Part shown: in pieces, positions 39,083 to 49,378 of the stretch | Layout of the letters: the number at the start of each line of letters is the position of its first letter | Position numbering within the stretch: the stretch's first letter is position 1 | Assembly (NCBI GenBank): GCA_022708105.1 | Contig: JAKIZI010000001.1 | Location: 16,942 to 80,941, forward strand | DNA length: 64,000 bases | Reading direction: 5' to 3' | Source: Bacteroidota bacterium | GTDB taxonomy: Bacteria; Bacteroidota; Bacteroidia; Bacteroidales; WCHB1-69 | The notes under the pieces: generated by a model | What the model saw: the letters and a program-made list of their open reading frames with translations, nothing else | Databases searched by the model: none | Told to the model about the DNA's origin: nothing | Translations under genes and position numbers: made by a program

Positions 39083-39090
39083 TAATTTTG
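39083..39090 (+). promoter_or_regulatory. Bacteroidota -7 promoter box (TAnnTTTG)
   Basis: TAATTTTG lies 67 nt upstream of the ATG at 39158. Confidence 0.4.
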
Positions 39091-39157
39091 CACATCTGAA
39101 TTTCATCATTTTTTAGCTATAATAGAGGAATTTAGTAACTGAAAAACAGAAAGAAAA

Positions 39158-39469
39158 ATGGTTTTGACAGACATTATGATTGGTGCACCGGGGTCAAATT
39201 TTTTTGAAGTACTGATGTTGATTTGTTTTGCTTGCAGTTGGCCTATTTCAATAATTAGAGCTTTACGAACAAAAATTGTAATTGGAAAGAGTCCTGTATT
39301 TATGATGATTATTATTGCCGGATACGGCTTCGGTATTGTGCATAAAGTTGTCAATGATTATGACTATGTTACTTATCTTTATGTATTCAATTTATTTTTA
39401 GTGGCTTTCGATCTTTTTCTCTATTTTTATTACATAAAAAAGAACAGAACAGAAATTCTAAAAAAATAA
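39158..39469 (+). CDS. small 3-TM membrane protein (possibly PQ-loop/SemiSWEET-like)
   Basis: 103 aa with three hydrophobic segments. CSWPISIIRALRTKIVIGKS loosely resembles a PQ-loop motif. Weak call. Confidence 0.3.
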   Translation: MVLTDIMIGAPGSNFFEVLMLICFACSWPISIIRALRTKIVIGKSPVFMMIIIAGYGFGIVHKVVNDYDYVTYLYVFNLFLVAFDLFLYFYYIKKNRTEILKK

Positions 39470-39490
39470 GTTTTATTAATCCCTTTTATT

Positions 39491-40771
39491 TTGGAAATAA
39501 TCATAGTTATTTTATTAATTTTACTGAACGGTTTTTTTTCGTTAAGTGAAATTGCCCTAATCTCCTCCAAAAAAATCAGATTGGAGCATTTAAAAGAGCA
39601 AAATTCAAAAGGAGCTAAATATGCGCTCAAATTATTGGACAATTCAGAAAATTTTCTCTCATCAATCCAAGTTGGAATTACACTGATTGGAATTATTGTC
39701 GGCTTTTACGGTGGAGTAAGTTTAGCCAGATATCTGACACCTTTATTTGTATGGATGAATGTTTCCCCGACTGCTTCTTACGGAATTTCCGTTACCATCA
39801 GCATTGCAGTCATTACGTTTTTTTCTATTGTTCTTGGCGAATTGGTTCCAAAAACGATTGCGCTGTCAAAACCCGAAAAGGCAGCTGTAAAAGTAGCCCC
39901 TACTATATACGTAGTCAGCACTTTATTCTTTCCACTTGTCAAATTATTAGCTTTCTCAACTCGTTTAATCAACAAGATGATGGGCATTTCTCCTCCTGAA
40001 AATCATGTGACAGAGGAAGAAATTCGCCAAATCATCAGATTTGCTTCTAAAGAAGGTGTTATCGAAGAAGAACAGAATGTGATTCATGAGAAATTGTTCT
40101 ATTTTTCTGATAAACGAGCAAAACACATCATGACTCATCGCTCAGAAATTGATTGGATTGACATCAACCTTCCTGAGGTGGAATTTACAGATCAGCTTTT
40201 GTCCTCTAAAAACAGCAAAGTGCTCATTTGCAATAAAGAATTGGATCAATACTTAGGCGTTTTGAAAATCAAAGAGTTTTTGATTAAAAAGATGATGAAT
40301 GAAGAGTTCCGTGTTGAAGAGCTGTTGGATGATCCTATAGTTTGCCCGGAAAATGCAGAAGCTCAAGATATCTTAAGTGAGTTTAGAAAAAAACAAACCT
40401 ATTTTTGCGTTGTAGTGGATGAATTCGGAACTATTGAAGGAATTATCACACTCCATGATGTATTGGAAAATATAGTCGGAGACTTACCTGAAGAAGAAGA
40501 TGTGGTAGAACCGGATATTTACGTTCGTGAAGACCAATCTGTTTTGGTTAATGGCGATGCTCCCATAGAAGTTTTGATGGATGTTATCGAAAACTTTGAA
40601 ATTGACTTTGAAGAGATTGATTATTCCACAGTTGCAGGATTTGTATTGGAATATATTGAAAAAATTCCGGAAATAGGAGACTCTTTTGATTTTAAAAATT
40701 ATCGCATTGAGGTTATTGATCTTGACCACAATCGTATTGATAAAGTATTAATTACGAAGAACGAGGAATAA
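39491..40771 (+). CDS. CNNM/TlyC-family hemolysin-like protein (DUF21 plus CBS pair plus CorC_HlyC)
   Basis: TTG start. N-terminus LLILLNGFFSLSEIALISS (DUF21), a CBS pair, and C-terminal transporter-associated domain (TVAGFVLEYIEKIPEIGDSFDF.NYRIEVIDLDHNRIDKV). Confidence 0.85.
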   Translation: MEIIIVILLILLNGFFSLSEIALISSKKIRLEHLKEQNSKGAKYALKLLDNSENFLSSIQVGITLIGIIVGFYGGVSLARYLTPLFVWMNVSPTASYGISVTISIAVITFFSIVLGELVPKTIALSKPEKAAVKVAPTIYVVSTLFFPLVKLLAFSTRLINKMMGISPPENHVTEEEIRQIIRFASKEGVIEEEQNVIHEKLFYFSDKRAKHIMTHRSEIDWIDINLPEVEFTDQLLSSKNSKVLICNKELDQYLGVLKIKEFLIKKMMNEEFRVEELLDDPIVCPENAEAQDILSEFRKKQTYFCVVVDEFGTIEGIITLHDVLENIVGDLPEEEDVVEPDIYVREDQSVLVNGDAPIEVLMDVIENFEIDFEEIDYSTVAGFVLEYIEKIPEIGDSFDFKNYRIEVIDLDHNRIDKVLITKNEE

Positions 40772-40774
40772 ATA

Positions 40775-41389
40775 GTGGCTGATAATAGAAAATTTTTAAT
40801 TGTAGGATTGGGCAATAGTGAAGCCAAATACGAAGGTACGCGTCACAATATCGGGTTTGAAGTCGTTGCCGCTTTGGCTAAAAAATTGGAAGCATCCTTC
40901 TCACAGGATCGATTTGCATATACAGCTCGTGCTCGCCACAAGGGAAAACAGATTATAATGATACTGCCGACCACCTTTATGAATTTAAGTGGAAAGGCCG
41001 TTCGTTATTGGCTCGATTCCGAGAATATAGAAATTGAGAATATGATAGTCGTTACAGATGATATTGATCTTCCTGTCGGAACAATCAGAATTAAGTCAAA
41101 AGGTAGCGGTGGTTCTCACAACGGCTTGAATCATATCATTGAAACTCTTGGTCACCAAAACTTTCCACGACTCCGCTTTGGCATCGGGAAAGATTATCCT
41201 AAAGGTTTTCAGATTGATTATGTATTGGGACGTTTTTCAAAAGAGGATTTAGAAGTGGTTAATCCCGCAATTGAGCGTTGTACGGAAGCAATTTACTCTT
41301 TTGTCAACAATGGCATCGCTCAAACCATGAATCATTTTAATACCAATCCTTCAATAAACAATAAAGAGGAATTCCATGAAAAACCATAG
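40775..41389 (+). CDS. pth: peptidyl-tRNA hydrolase
   Basis: GTG start. LIVGLGNSEAKYEGTRHNIGF, TFMNLSGKAV, DDIDLPVGTIRIKSKGSGGSHNGL. Confidence 0.9.
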   Translation: MADNRKFLIVGLGNSEAKYEGTRHNIGFEVVAALAKKLEASFSQDRFAYTARARHKGKQIIMILPTTFMNLSGKAVRYWLDSENIEIENMIVVTDDIDLPVGTIRIKSKGSGGSHNGLNHIIETLGHQNFPRLRFGIGKDYPKGFQIDYVLGRFSKEDLEVVNPAIERCTEAIYSFVNNGIAQTMNHFNTNPSINNKEEFHEKP

Positions 41390-41966
41390 CCGAATCTTTT
41401 TTCTTTTGATGAGCTCCTTCATCTTGCTAACAATATCATGCACGAACACAAACCAAGTCGACAGTCCGAAACCCAAAGGATATTATCGAATTGAATTGCC
41501 TCCGCATGCCTATCAGCAATTGGACACTGTATTCCCGTTTCGTTTTCCCTACTCTAAATATGCAACTTATCAATTCAAACAACGGCCAAACGGAGACTAT
41601 TGGATTTATATTAATTATACGCAATTTAATGCGGATATAAATATCACTTATGCTGCTTTAAACAAAGATTTACGTGAACGAATTATTGAAGAAGACAAAA
41701 TAGTATCCTTTCATTACAAAGTGGCTGATGATGTCGAATTTTCAATCATCTCAGATGCTGCATCCAATATTTTTGGACAGATTTATGATATAAAAGGAAT
41801 GAAAGTGGCTACTCCCATAAGCTTCTGGCTTACTGATAGTTCTAATCATTACTTACGTGGAGCACTCTATTTTAACAATCCGCCCAACAATGACTCTTTA
41901 CAACCGGTCATAGAATATATTCGTGAAGATATTCTTGAAATGATTAATGGTTTTGAGTGGAAATAG
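41376..41966 (+). CDS. gldD: GldD-like gliding-motility lipoprotein
   Basis: Lipobox LTISC. Size about 190 aa. The pattern PKPKGYYRIELPPHAYQ is recalled from the GldD family. Overlaps the pth stop by 14 nt. Confidence 0.5.
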   Translation: MKNHSRIFFLLMSSFILLTISCTNTNQVDSPKPKGYYRIELPPHAYQQLDTVFPFRFPYSKYATYQFKQRPNGDYWIYINYTQFNADINITYAALNKDLRERIIEEDKIVSFHYKVADDVEFSIISDAASNIFGQIYDIKGMKVATPISFWLTDSSNHYLRGALYFNNPPNNDSLQPVIEYIREDILEMINGFEWK

Positions 41967-41976
41967 AAAATAGCAA

Positions 41977-42627
41977 TTACTTTATTTTCACAATATTTTC
42001 CAACATTGGAACAAAAATAAAATTCCCGAAGGTTTCTTCTTTATAGTTTTGATCATCAATTTTAGTGATTCTTTTCATCACCTGTTCTCCTTGTCCGACA
42101 GGAATCACCAGAATTCCGTAAGGTTTTAATTGGTTCAAAAGGGATTCAGGCACTATCGGAGCTCCGCAGGTAACAATAATCTTATCGAAAGGAGCGTATT
42201 GAGGAAGCCCCGCAAACCCGTCTCCGTAGCAAGCAATAACACGAGGTGCCATCCGGTTGAGGAGCTTTTTGGTGATCTGATACAACTCGGCTTGTCTTTC
42301 TATGGTATAAACTTTTGCGCCCATTGCATTCAGGATAGCAGCCTGGAAACCGGAACCGGTTCCGATTTCCAGGATTTTATCTCCTTTATCAACCGACAAA
42401 AGTTGTGTCTGATAAGCAACCGTATAAGGTTGCGAAATTGTCTGATCACAATAAATGGGCAAAGGAATGTCTTCATAAGCTTTATGCCAAAAGAACGATT
42501 CTAAAAATTGATGTCTTTCTACGACAGAAAAAGCATTCAATACGTTATCATCTGAAATTCCTTTGTTTTTAAGTTTCTCTACTAATGCTTTTTGAGCGCC
42601 TTTAAGTAAGTAAGAATCCATTGCCAT
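41977..42627 (-). CDS. pcm: protein-L-isoaspartate O-methyltransferase
   Basis: QTISQPYTVAYQTQLL and the SAM-binding motif ILEIGTGSGFQAAIL, plus IVTCGAP. Confidence 0.85.
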   Translation of the reverse strand: MAMDSYLLKGAQKALVEKLKNKGISDDNVLNAFSVVERHQFLESFFWHKAYEDIPLPIYCDQTISQPYTVAYQTQLLSVDKGDKILEIGTGSGFQAAILNAMGAKVYTIERQAELYQITKKLLNRMAPRVIACYGDGFAGLPQYAPFDKIIVTCGAPIVPESLLNQLKPYGILVIPVGQGEQVMKRITKIDDQNYKEETFGNFIFVPMLENIVKIK

Positions 42628-42647
42628 CTATTGATATCAAGAAAAAA

Positions 42648-43607
42648 TTAAAAACTGTACCCTATTCCAACGCCGAGGACTTCTTTAAATTGTACTCTCG
42701 GCCCCACATTTCCGTTCTTTGTCGTCACCATCACCTCATCATAATATCTTAAAGTAGTATTAAGAGACACATTGAGCACTTTGAGGAAGCGATATGAAAT
42801 CAAAAAATCCCAATCCACATTGAAGTTTCCGAATTTTGAAGTATAGGGTGTAAAGAGCAACAGAGAAGTCATAATTTGAAGATTTTCGATACGTTTATAC
42901 ATTACGGCCGCTTTGAAGGTCATCCCGACTTGTGCCTTATAAGTTTTGTCGACAGGAACACCATATTTTGCGCGAAGCAAAGAATCGGTTGCCGTAGTAA
43001 GACGACCGGCTATCGGAGATATATAGAGAGAGAAAATTTCATTGGGTTTCCAGTCGATCCCGAGTGAAAGGTCTGTATAGGAGGGAGATACCCAATTAGA
43101 GTTATAAAGCGGTTCATCAAGTGTTTCCTTGTAGTCATAACCTGCAATATATTGCGACTTAAAGCCGCCTAAAAGAGTAAGGAACCAGGTCGGTTTAAAT
43201 TCCCATCCGAACTTAGTGGCAAAATTGATTTTATCATTCGATTTACGCCATGGGAACTTCGTTTCGGAAGCATACATCACGCCAAGGTCTGTATCAAGAT
43301 TCGAATCCCAGGCTATCTTATTCTTTTTATATCTCAGAAAAAGGTTTGCAAAAACCACACCGGTGAAATTATTATTTCCACCACCTGCCCAATTCCAAAG
43401 TTGAGTTTGGGAGAAATTCAATCCCGCAACACCTGAAAAATCCCAATTAAGGGAATCCGGTATCGCTTGTGTAGGAGTAACTGTCAATTTTGCAGCTGCT
43501 TCGGCAGCAGCAGCTGCTTCGGCGGCGCTAACTTCATCTTCTTGAGCAAACAACGAAAATGAAAATAGTACCATACTTAAAAAAAGAAATAACTTTTTCA
43601 TCATCAA
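42648..43607 (-). CDS. DUF3078-like outer-membrane beta-barrel protein
   Basis: Signal peptide, Ala/Glu-rich linker, beta-strand periodicity, and a C-terminal GVGIGYSF. Confidence 0.45.
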   Translation of the reverse strand: MMMKKLFLFLSMVLFSFSLFAQEDEVSAAEAAAAAEAAAKLTVTPTQAIPDSLNWDFSGVAGLNFSQTQLWNWAGGGNNNFTGVVFANLFLRYKKNKIAWDSNLDTDLGVMYASETKFPWRKSNDKINFATKFGWEFKPTWFLTLLGGFKSQYIAGYDYKETLDEPLYNSNWVSPSYTDLSLGIDWKPNEIFSLYISPIAGRLTTATDSLLRAKYGVPVDKTYKAQVGMTFKAAVMYKRIENLQIMTSLLLFTPYTSKFGNFNVDWDFLISYRFLKVLNVSLNTTLRYYDEVMVTTKNGNVGPRVQFKEVLGVGIGYSF

Positions 43608-43636
43608 TATTTTTTTAAGAAAATTAATTAATAGTA

Positions 43637-44065
43637 TTAATTCTTACTTTTCAATAAATCTCTTATTTCAGTAAGCAAAATCTCCTCTTTGGTTGGTGCC
43701 GCAGGAGGTGCCGCCTGAACTTCATCTTCTTTCTTTTTAGTCAGATTCTGAAGTTTGTTGATCAATCTGATAACCATAAAAATTGAAAATGCAATAATGG
43801 TAAAATCAATAATGGTTTGAATAAACATTCCATAATTGAGGGTAACCGCTTCAACTCCTTCTTTAACACTATTTGGATTGAGGACGGCCTTAAGCTCCGT
43901 GAAATTTACACCTCCTATCAACAATCCTATAGGCGGCATAATAACATCTGAAACCAATGACGCGACAACTTTTCCAAAACCACCTCCGATAATGATACCG
44001 ACAGCCATGTCAATAACACTTCCTTTCATTGCGAAAGCTTTAAATTCTTGTAGTAATTTTTTCAT
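43637..44065 (-). CDS. mscL: large-conductance mechanosensitive channel
   Basis: [41 protein letters not shown], a second TM, and a C-terminal helix. Confidence 0.9.
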   Translation of the reverse strand: MKKLLQEFKAFAMKGSVIDMAVGIIIGGGFGKVVASLVSDVIMPPIGLLIGGVNFTELKAVLNPNSVKEGVEAVTLNYGMFIQTIIDFTIIAFSIFMVIRLINKLQNLTKKKEDEVQAAPPAAPTKEEILLTEIRDLLKSKN

Positions 44066-44076
44066 AATATTACGTT

Positions 44077-45282
44077 TTAATTATTTAATTTATTATATGT
44101 TTTCCACCATCTCTCCGGAATTTTATCCTTACATGCAATTTCATAATCCTTTTTAGAACAAGGAAGGAAGTACTTTTGTTTGATATTTTTTTTAATATTT
44201 ATAATAGGTACAATAATCCACCATCTGCCGGTTTTTTTACTGCAATAAAAAACAATCTCATCTACAGCTTCGGAAACAGCAACACTGTACTTGACATATT
44301 GTTTCAAATCTTTAAAAGAGCAATCGTTTTGACGGTTAATAAAACCTTCTACAAAATACCAAAGAATATGGCTGATAAGCTGCGAGGTTTGGTTGGAATA
44401 ATCCAGCGTCGGATCATATTCATATATTCCGAAAGAGGTCAACTTATCATTTAATCCGGCATAGCGAATTACCTGACAAATCTCTTCCCCGTAAAAACCA
44501 TTGGCAGAATTGTGCGGATTCCCGCAGGCATCCGGACGCCTTACTACAGAAATATCCAACGAAACCATCTCCGCATTTCGTATAATCGGCTCCACTTCGG
44601 TCAAATCCCCGCGCATCATCCCCACACGATAAGTGTCAAGAAATAATTTGCTCATCAAATCAATCTCTTCTGGACTATTCAAATAGGTTTGATAACCAAT
44701 ATTCGAATAATTGAGCAAATAGTTCGGCTCTTCCAAAATAATTTTATTCAGATAGGCATTTGAAGCTATCGGAAGATTTTCGTTTCCGATATCAAAACGG
44801 GAATCAACTGCAACCACATTGACCACTTGCTCCAACTTTTTATAAGCCAAATAATTGGCATACGCCAAATCATTACTTCCTCCCAAAATAATGGGAATAA
44901 CATTATTAGCAATCAGGTGAGCCAAAATGTCCGAAACAAGATGGTAGGTATCTTCTACCGTGGCTCCCAACACAATATTTCCCAAGTCAATCATCCGAAC
45001 CGGCGTATTCCAACTATAAAGTTTGTAAAATTGACGCCTGATCTCGTCAGGCGCAAGTGAAGCAGCACTATTTTCGAATGCGTTACGGGATTCGGGCACT
45101 CCGATAATCGCTAAATCATACATCGAAAGATCAGGCTCTTCCTCCGAAGAAAAAAAATGAATACGTCGTGCAATGAGTGAGTTAGCGGATAGTGAATCCG
45201 GCAATTTAAGTTCCTCTAAATCAAATGGAATTAAATAAGGAGACAACAGCATATCTTCGAATTTTACAGTTTTTCTATGCAA
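44077..45282 (-). CDS. arginase/formimidoylglutamase-fold protein with substituted metal-ligand motifs
   Basis: Ureohydrolase-fold colinearity, but the motifs read GGSNDL, VDSRFD and [14 protein letters not shown]. Carries a C-terminal extension of about 90 aa. The track start is a TTG, and the ATG at 45252 is an alternative. Confidence 0.55.
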   Translation of the reverse strand: MHRKTVKFEDMLLSPYLIPFDLEELKLPDSLSANSLIARRIHFFSSEEEPDLSMYDLAIIGVPESRNAFENSAASLAPDEIRRQFYKLYSWNTPVRMIDLGNIVLGATVEDTYHLVSDILAHLIANNVIPIILGGSNDLAYANYLAYKKLEQVVNVVAVDSRFDIGNENLPIASNAYLNKIILEEPNYLLNYSNIGYQTYLNSPEEIDLMSKLFLDTYRVGMMRGDLTEVEPIIRNAEMVSLDISVVRRPDACGNPHNSANGFYGEEICQVIRYAGLNDKLTSFGIYEYDPTLDYSNQTSQLISHILWYFVEGFINRQNDCSFKDLKQYVKYSVAVSEAVDEIVFYCSKKTGRWWIIVPIINIKKNIKQKYFLPCSKKDYEIACKDKIPERWWKTYNKLNN

Positions 45283-45378
45283 ATGTACAATTTTTCATTT
45301 CATTCCATTCCGGGCATTATAAATAAAAATAACGGCATAATGTTAATAACTTTATTTGAAACAAAACAAAAAATGATA

Positions 45379-45386
45379 TATTTTTG
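45379..45386 (+). promoter_or_regulatory. Bacteroidota -7 promoter box (TAnnTTTG) for dnaB
   Basis: TATTTTTG lies 37 nt upstream of the ATG at 45424. Confidence 0.45.
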
Positions 45387-45423
45387 AAAATGTAAAAATA
45401 AAGAGTATTTTGAGGGTTAATTT

Positions 45424-46965
45424 ATGGAAAAAGAGCAATTTATAGACAATAAAAGAGAAAATAAAATTTCTTTTAACACGGTTGAAAGTACATTTGGACT
45501 TACCGGCAAGCTAACTCCGCAAGCCGTTGACTTTGAAGAGGCAATCTTAGGCGCTTTGATGATTGATAAAGATGCGATTGCCTACATTGACTTTATTTCA
45601 TCCAAGATGTTCTATAAAGAGCAACATCAATTTATTTTTCAAGCCATTGCAGAATTATTCCAAAATAGTCTTCCTATTGACTTATTAACGGTTACAGATG
45701 TTTTGCGCAAGAAAAAACGTCTTGAATTCGTGGGAGGCCCCTCCTATTTGGCCTCTTTGACCAACCGTGTCGCCTCTTCTGCCAACATTGAGTACCACGC
45801 CCGTGTGGTGATGGAAAAGTTTGTGCTCCGAGAGTTGATTGTGATCTGTACTTCAATTATTAAAGACTCATACGAAGATGCAAAAGATGTATTGCAATTA
45901 TTAGACAAGGCAGAAACAGACCTTTTCGGGATCATCCAAAACAATTTTAAACGCGACAGTAAGCCTTTGGACGATGTGGTGAAAAAAGCGCTCGAAGAAT
46001 TAATTGAACTCAAAAATAAAGATGAAAATTATCAAGGTGTCCCAACCGGAATAAAGGCCTTAGATGAAAAAATCGGGGGTTGGCAAAAGTCCGATCTCGT
46101 TATCTTAGCCGCACGACCTGGGATGGGGAAAACATCCTTTATTCTATCTATTGCCCGAAATGCAGCTTTGGATTTTAAAAAACCGGTGGCACTCTTTTCT
46201 CTTGAAATGTCTGCTACCCAGTTGGCACATCGTCTATTTTCCATGGAATCCGGAATCTCTTCCGAGCGCATTTCCAAAGGGAATTTGGATGAAACCGAGT
46301 GGATTCGATTGATGGATAAAATTCAGATATTAAATGCCGCCCCACTGTTCATTGACGACACTCCGGCGCTCAGTGTGTTCGATTTGCGAGCCAAGTGCCG
46401 GCGGTTGAAACACCAGCACGACATTCAGTTGGTGATGGTCGATTATTTGCAATTGATGCAAGGAAACTCCGAAGACAATAAAGGAAAAGGAAACCGGGAA
46501 CAGGAAATCAGTTACATCTCCCGGTCGCTCAAAGCTTTAGCCCGTGAACTGAACATCCCCGTCATTGCGTTGTCGCAGTTGTCTCGTGAAGTGGAAAAAC
46601 GCCCCGGCTCCAAACGTCCGCAGCTTTCCGACTTGCGTGAATCAGGATCCATCGAACAAGATGCCGATATGGTTATCTTTATTTACAGACCTGAATATTA
46701 CGGACTTACAACTTTTGAAAAGGATGATGTTCCCTCCGAAGGACTTGCCGACATTATGATTGAGAAAAACCGTCACGGCGCTAACGACCGGATTCGCGTG
46801 CGATTTATCAAACAATATACTAAATTTACCGATGTGGAAGAAGGCTACTCTTTCAAATCCAATGAAGCCATCCCGCTCAATGAGCATTTTGATACCGCCA
46901 CTTTCGAATCGAGCATGAACGATGAAGTGTCCACAGAGGGCGATGATTTTAACTATCCGTATTAA
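45424..46965 (+). CDS. dnaB: replicative DNA helicase
   Basis: EEAILGALMID, Walker A ARPGMGKTSF, SLEMS, VMVDYLQLM, SQLSREVEKR, SDLRESGSIEQDADMV. No intein-sized insertion (513 aa). Confidence 0.92.
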   Translation: MEKEQFIDNKRENKISFNTVESTFGLTGKLTPQAVDFEEAILGALMIDKDAIAYIDFISSKMFYKEQHQFIFQAIAELFQNSLPIDLLTVTDVLRKKKRLEFVGGPSYLASLTNRVASSANIEYHARVVMEKFVLRELIVICTSIIKDSYEDAKDVLQLLDKAETDLFGIIQNNFKRDSKPLDDVVKKALEELIELKNKDENYQGVPTGIKALDEKIGGWQKSDLVILAARPGMGKTSFILSIARNAALDFKKPVALFSLEMSATQLAHRLFSMESGISSERISKGNLDETEWIRLMDKIQILNAAPLFIDDTPALSVFDLRAKCRRLKHQHDIQLVMVDYLQLMQGNSEDNKGKGNREQEISYISRSLKALARELNIPVIALSQLSREVEKRPGSKRPQLSDLRESGSIEQDADMVIFIYRPEYYGLTTFEKDDVPSEGLADIMIEKNRHGANDRIRVRFIKQYTKFTDVEEGYSFKSNEAIPLNEHFDTATFESSMNDEVSTEGDDFNYPY

Positions 46966-46986
46966 GAATCCCTCTTTTCTAAAAAC

Positions 46987-47154
46987 ATATTGGGTACCTC
47001 TTTTTGACTTTACTCTATAACCTATCGAGATAATAACATCAAGGTTCTAGTATTCAATTTTTCTTTCGATCCTTCTTTCTCCTTCATTTTGAACTATCGC
47101 AAAAATTGCAATAGTTGAAGTTTTGTCAAGTTCTCCTTCCTCAAAAACATTTAT
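46987..47154 (-). pseudogene. relic of a RhuM-family (virulence/Fic-associated) gene, about 56 codons with an in-frame TAG
   Basis: The minus-strand translation is INVFEEGELDKTSTIAIFAIVQNEGERRIERKIEY*NLDVIISIGYRVKSKRGTQY. It matches the conserved RhuM core as I recall it (..IFEEGEL....V.KF..VQ.EG.R.V.R.I..YNLD.IISVGYRV.S.RGTQFR). The stop is at 47047-47049. No start and no remainder of the gene are present. Confidence 0.55.
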
Positions 47155-47164
47155 TGTTGTCCGG

Positions 47165-47201
47165 TAAAAAAAAGAACTGCATCTTAAAAAAGTGCAGTTC
47201 T
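47165..47201 (-). terminator. intrinsic terminator downstream of serA
   Basis: 9-bp stem agaactgca / tgcagttct (47173-47181 and 47193-47201). On the minus strand it is followed by a run of eight T (47165-47172). Confidence 0.75.
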
Positions 47202-47230
47202 CTAAATGTTTCCAAAACAAGCAAACAATT

Positions 47231-48151
47231 CTATTTGTTTACCTGGAATGTTTTGTCACCGGTAGCAAAGAATTTTACAATTTGATTTGCGGCTGCCAAT
47301 CCTGCGTTAATATTGGCTTCGGCCGTCTCAGCACCCATTTTCTTGGGGGTAGCAAAGAAACGATTCCCGAATTTTGCAACCATATCTTCCTTATTATCGG
47401 GAGCAATGTCGGTGCAGTATTTGAGGTCGGCTCTCTCTTCGAGCACTTTCAGCATTTCTTCTTCGTGAATTACCTCTTTACGGGCGGTGTTGATCAAACA
47501 TCCACCTTTCGGCATCATGGAGAGCAATTTGTAGCCGATTGACTTTTTAGTTTGCTCATTGGCCGGAATATGAAGAGAAATGAAGTGGCAAGTCTTGTAA
47601 AGCTCTTCCACCGTATTCACCGGAATAATGCCGTCGGTTTTCATCTTTTCTGCAGGTACAAATGGGTCGAAAGCATACACTTCCATTCCAAATCCTTTGG
47701 CAATTTTGGCAGCAAGGCTTCCTACATGGCCATAGGCGTGGATTCCCAATTTTTTACCTTTAAGCTCTGTTCCCGTGCCGGGATTGAAAGCATTGCGGGA
47801 CATATACACCATCATTCCAAGGGCCAATTCAGCCACAGCGTTGGAGTTTTGACCGGGTGTATTCATGGCCACAATATTATTGGCAGTACAAGCAGCAAGG
47901 TCGAGGTTGTCGAAACCTGCACCGGCACGAACCACAATCTTAAGATTCTTCCCTGCATCAATCACTTGAGCCGTAACCTTATCGGAACGAACAATCAATG
48001 CATCCACATCGGCAACTGCCTTGTAGAAATCCTGCACATCGGCATATTTTTCCAATAACACCAATTCGAATTTTGCTTTTTCCACGATTTCGCGAATCCC
48101 GTCAACGGCGGTTTTGGCGAAAGGTTTTTCTGTTGCTAATAATACTTTCAT
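47231..48151 (-). CDS. serA: D-3-phosphoglycerate dehydrogenase (D-isomer 2-hydroxyacid dehydrogenase family)
   Basis: NAD-binding GIHAYGHVGSLAAKIAKGFGMEV, catalytic-region pattern NTARKEVI, and position directly downstream of serC. The ATG at 48151 (MKVLLATEKPF) is preferred over the track TTG at 48181, which would overlap serC. Confidence 0.8.
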   Translation of the reverse strand: MKVLLATEKPFAKTAVDGIREIVEKAKFELVLLEKYADVQDFYKAVADVDALIVRSDKVTAQVIDAGKNLKIVVRAGAGFDNLDLAACTANNIVAMNTPGQNSNAVAELALGMMVYMSRNAFNPGTGTELKGKKLGIHAYGHVGSLAAKIAKGFGMEVYAFDPFVPAEKMKTDGIIPVNTVEELYKTCHFISLHIPANEQTKKSIGYKLLSMMPKGGCLINTARKEVIHEEEMLKVLEERADLKYCTDIAPDNKEDMVAKFGNRFFATPKKMGAETAEANINAGLAAANQIVKFFATGDKTFQVNK

Positions 48152-48161
48152 GATATTAATT

Positions 48162-49235
48162 TTATTTATGTAATTTTTCAAATTTCTGCATACATTCTAC
48201 AAGAGCTTTAACACTATCGATAGGACAAGCATTGTAGAGAGACGCACGGAAGCCGCCCACGGAGCGGTGTCCTTTGATACCTACCATACCGTTTTCCTTG
48301 GCAAATGCCATGAAAGCATCTTCTTTGTCTTTATAGCCTTCGGCCATCACAAAACAAATATTCATCACGGAACGGCTCTCTTTTTCGGCAGTACCAACAA
48401 ACATAGGATTGCGGTCGATTTCATTGTACAGCAAGTCAGCTTTTTCCTTATTTATTTTTTGGATGGCTTTCAGTCCGCCACATCTTTTAACCCATTTCAA
48501 TGTTTCATTCATCACAAGAATTGAAAATACCGGAGGCGTATTGAACATGGAACCGTTTTCTATATGGGTTTTGTAATTTAACATCGTCGGTAAATAGCGA
48601 GATACTTTGCCGAGGGCATCTTCTTTCACAATAACAAATGTAACGCCGGCAGGACCTACATTCTTTTGTGCACCACCATAAATCATCACATATTTAGACA
48701 CATCCACCGGACGACTCATGATATCGGAAGACATATCGGCGATTAATGGAATAGGGCTGGTGATATCTTCGTGGATTTCGGTTCCGTAAATGGTGTTGTT
48801 GGTAGTAATATGAAAATAATCGGCATCCGTAGGAATGGTATATCCTTTAGGAATGTAGTTAAACGTCGTATCAGCCGAAGATGCAACGCAAACAGCTTCG
48901 CCAATGCCTTTGGCTTCTTTCAGTGCCTTCTTTGCCCAAACTCCGGTTTCAAGATAGGCCGCTTTTTTTTCCAAAAAGTTCATGGCCACCATCAGGAATT
49001 GCAAGGATGCACCGCCACCGAGAAATAAAACTTTGTAGCCATCGGGAATATTCAAAATCTCTTTCCACAAGGCCTCAGTTTCATCCATCACGGCTTGCCA
49101 CTCTTTCGAGCGATGAGAAACTTCAATTACCGACATTCCGGTTCCGGCAAAATCTTTCAACGCCTCAATTGCATTATTGATTGCTTCTTTGGGGAGGACA
49201 CAAGGTCCAGCATTAAAATTATGTACCTGTTTCAT
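48162..49235 (-). CDS. serC: phosphoserine aminotransferase
   Basis: [27 protein letters not shown] and [14 protein letters not shown] (PLP lysine region). Confidence 0.9.
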   Translation of the reverse strand: MKQVHNFNAGPCVLPKEAINNAIEALKDFAGTGMSVIEVSHRSKEWQAVMDETEALWKEILNIPDGYKVLFLGGGASLQFLMVAMNFLEKKAAYLETGVWAKKALKEAKGIGEAVCVASSADTTFNYIPKGYTIPTDADYFHITTNNTIYGTEIHEDITSPIPLIADMSSDIMSRPVDVSKYVMIYGGAQKNVGPAGVTFVIVKEDALGKVSRYLPTMLNYKTHIENGSMFNTPPVFSILVMNETLKWVKRCGGLKAIQKINKEKADLLYNEIDRNPMFVGTAEKESRSVMNICFVMAEGYKDKEDAFMAFAKENGMVGIKGHRSVGGFRASLYNACPIDSVKALVECMQKFEKLHK

Positions 49236-49350
49236 AATAAGATGTTTATGTTTATAATTAATACGTCATATTCTGTGGCAAAGATACACGATTTTTTGGA
49301 TTAACCTACTCTAAAAAAATAATTTAACTATTAAACTCGAAAGAAAAAAC

Positions 49351-49358
49351 TATTTTTG
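49351..49358 (+). promoter_or_regulatory. Bacteroidota -7 promoter box (TAnnTTTG)
   Basis: TATTTTTG lies 20 nt upstream of the ATG at 49379. Confidence 0.5.
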
Positions 49359-49378
49359 CACTCTTAATTTTAAATACC

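Noticed and set aside
45424-46965. Possible intein or insertion in dnaB
   Set aside because: Its 513 aa are colinear with standard DnaB. The only extra sequence is a roughly 30-aa N-terminal extension.
47552-48058. 168-aa plus-strand ORF antisense to serA, and similar antisense ORFs (2356..2682, 56815..57306, 57643..58020, 54954..55361, 53299..53589, 42130..42504)
   Set aside because: These are shadow ORFs opposite strongly supported conserved genes, with no motifs and atypical composition.
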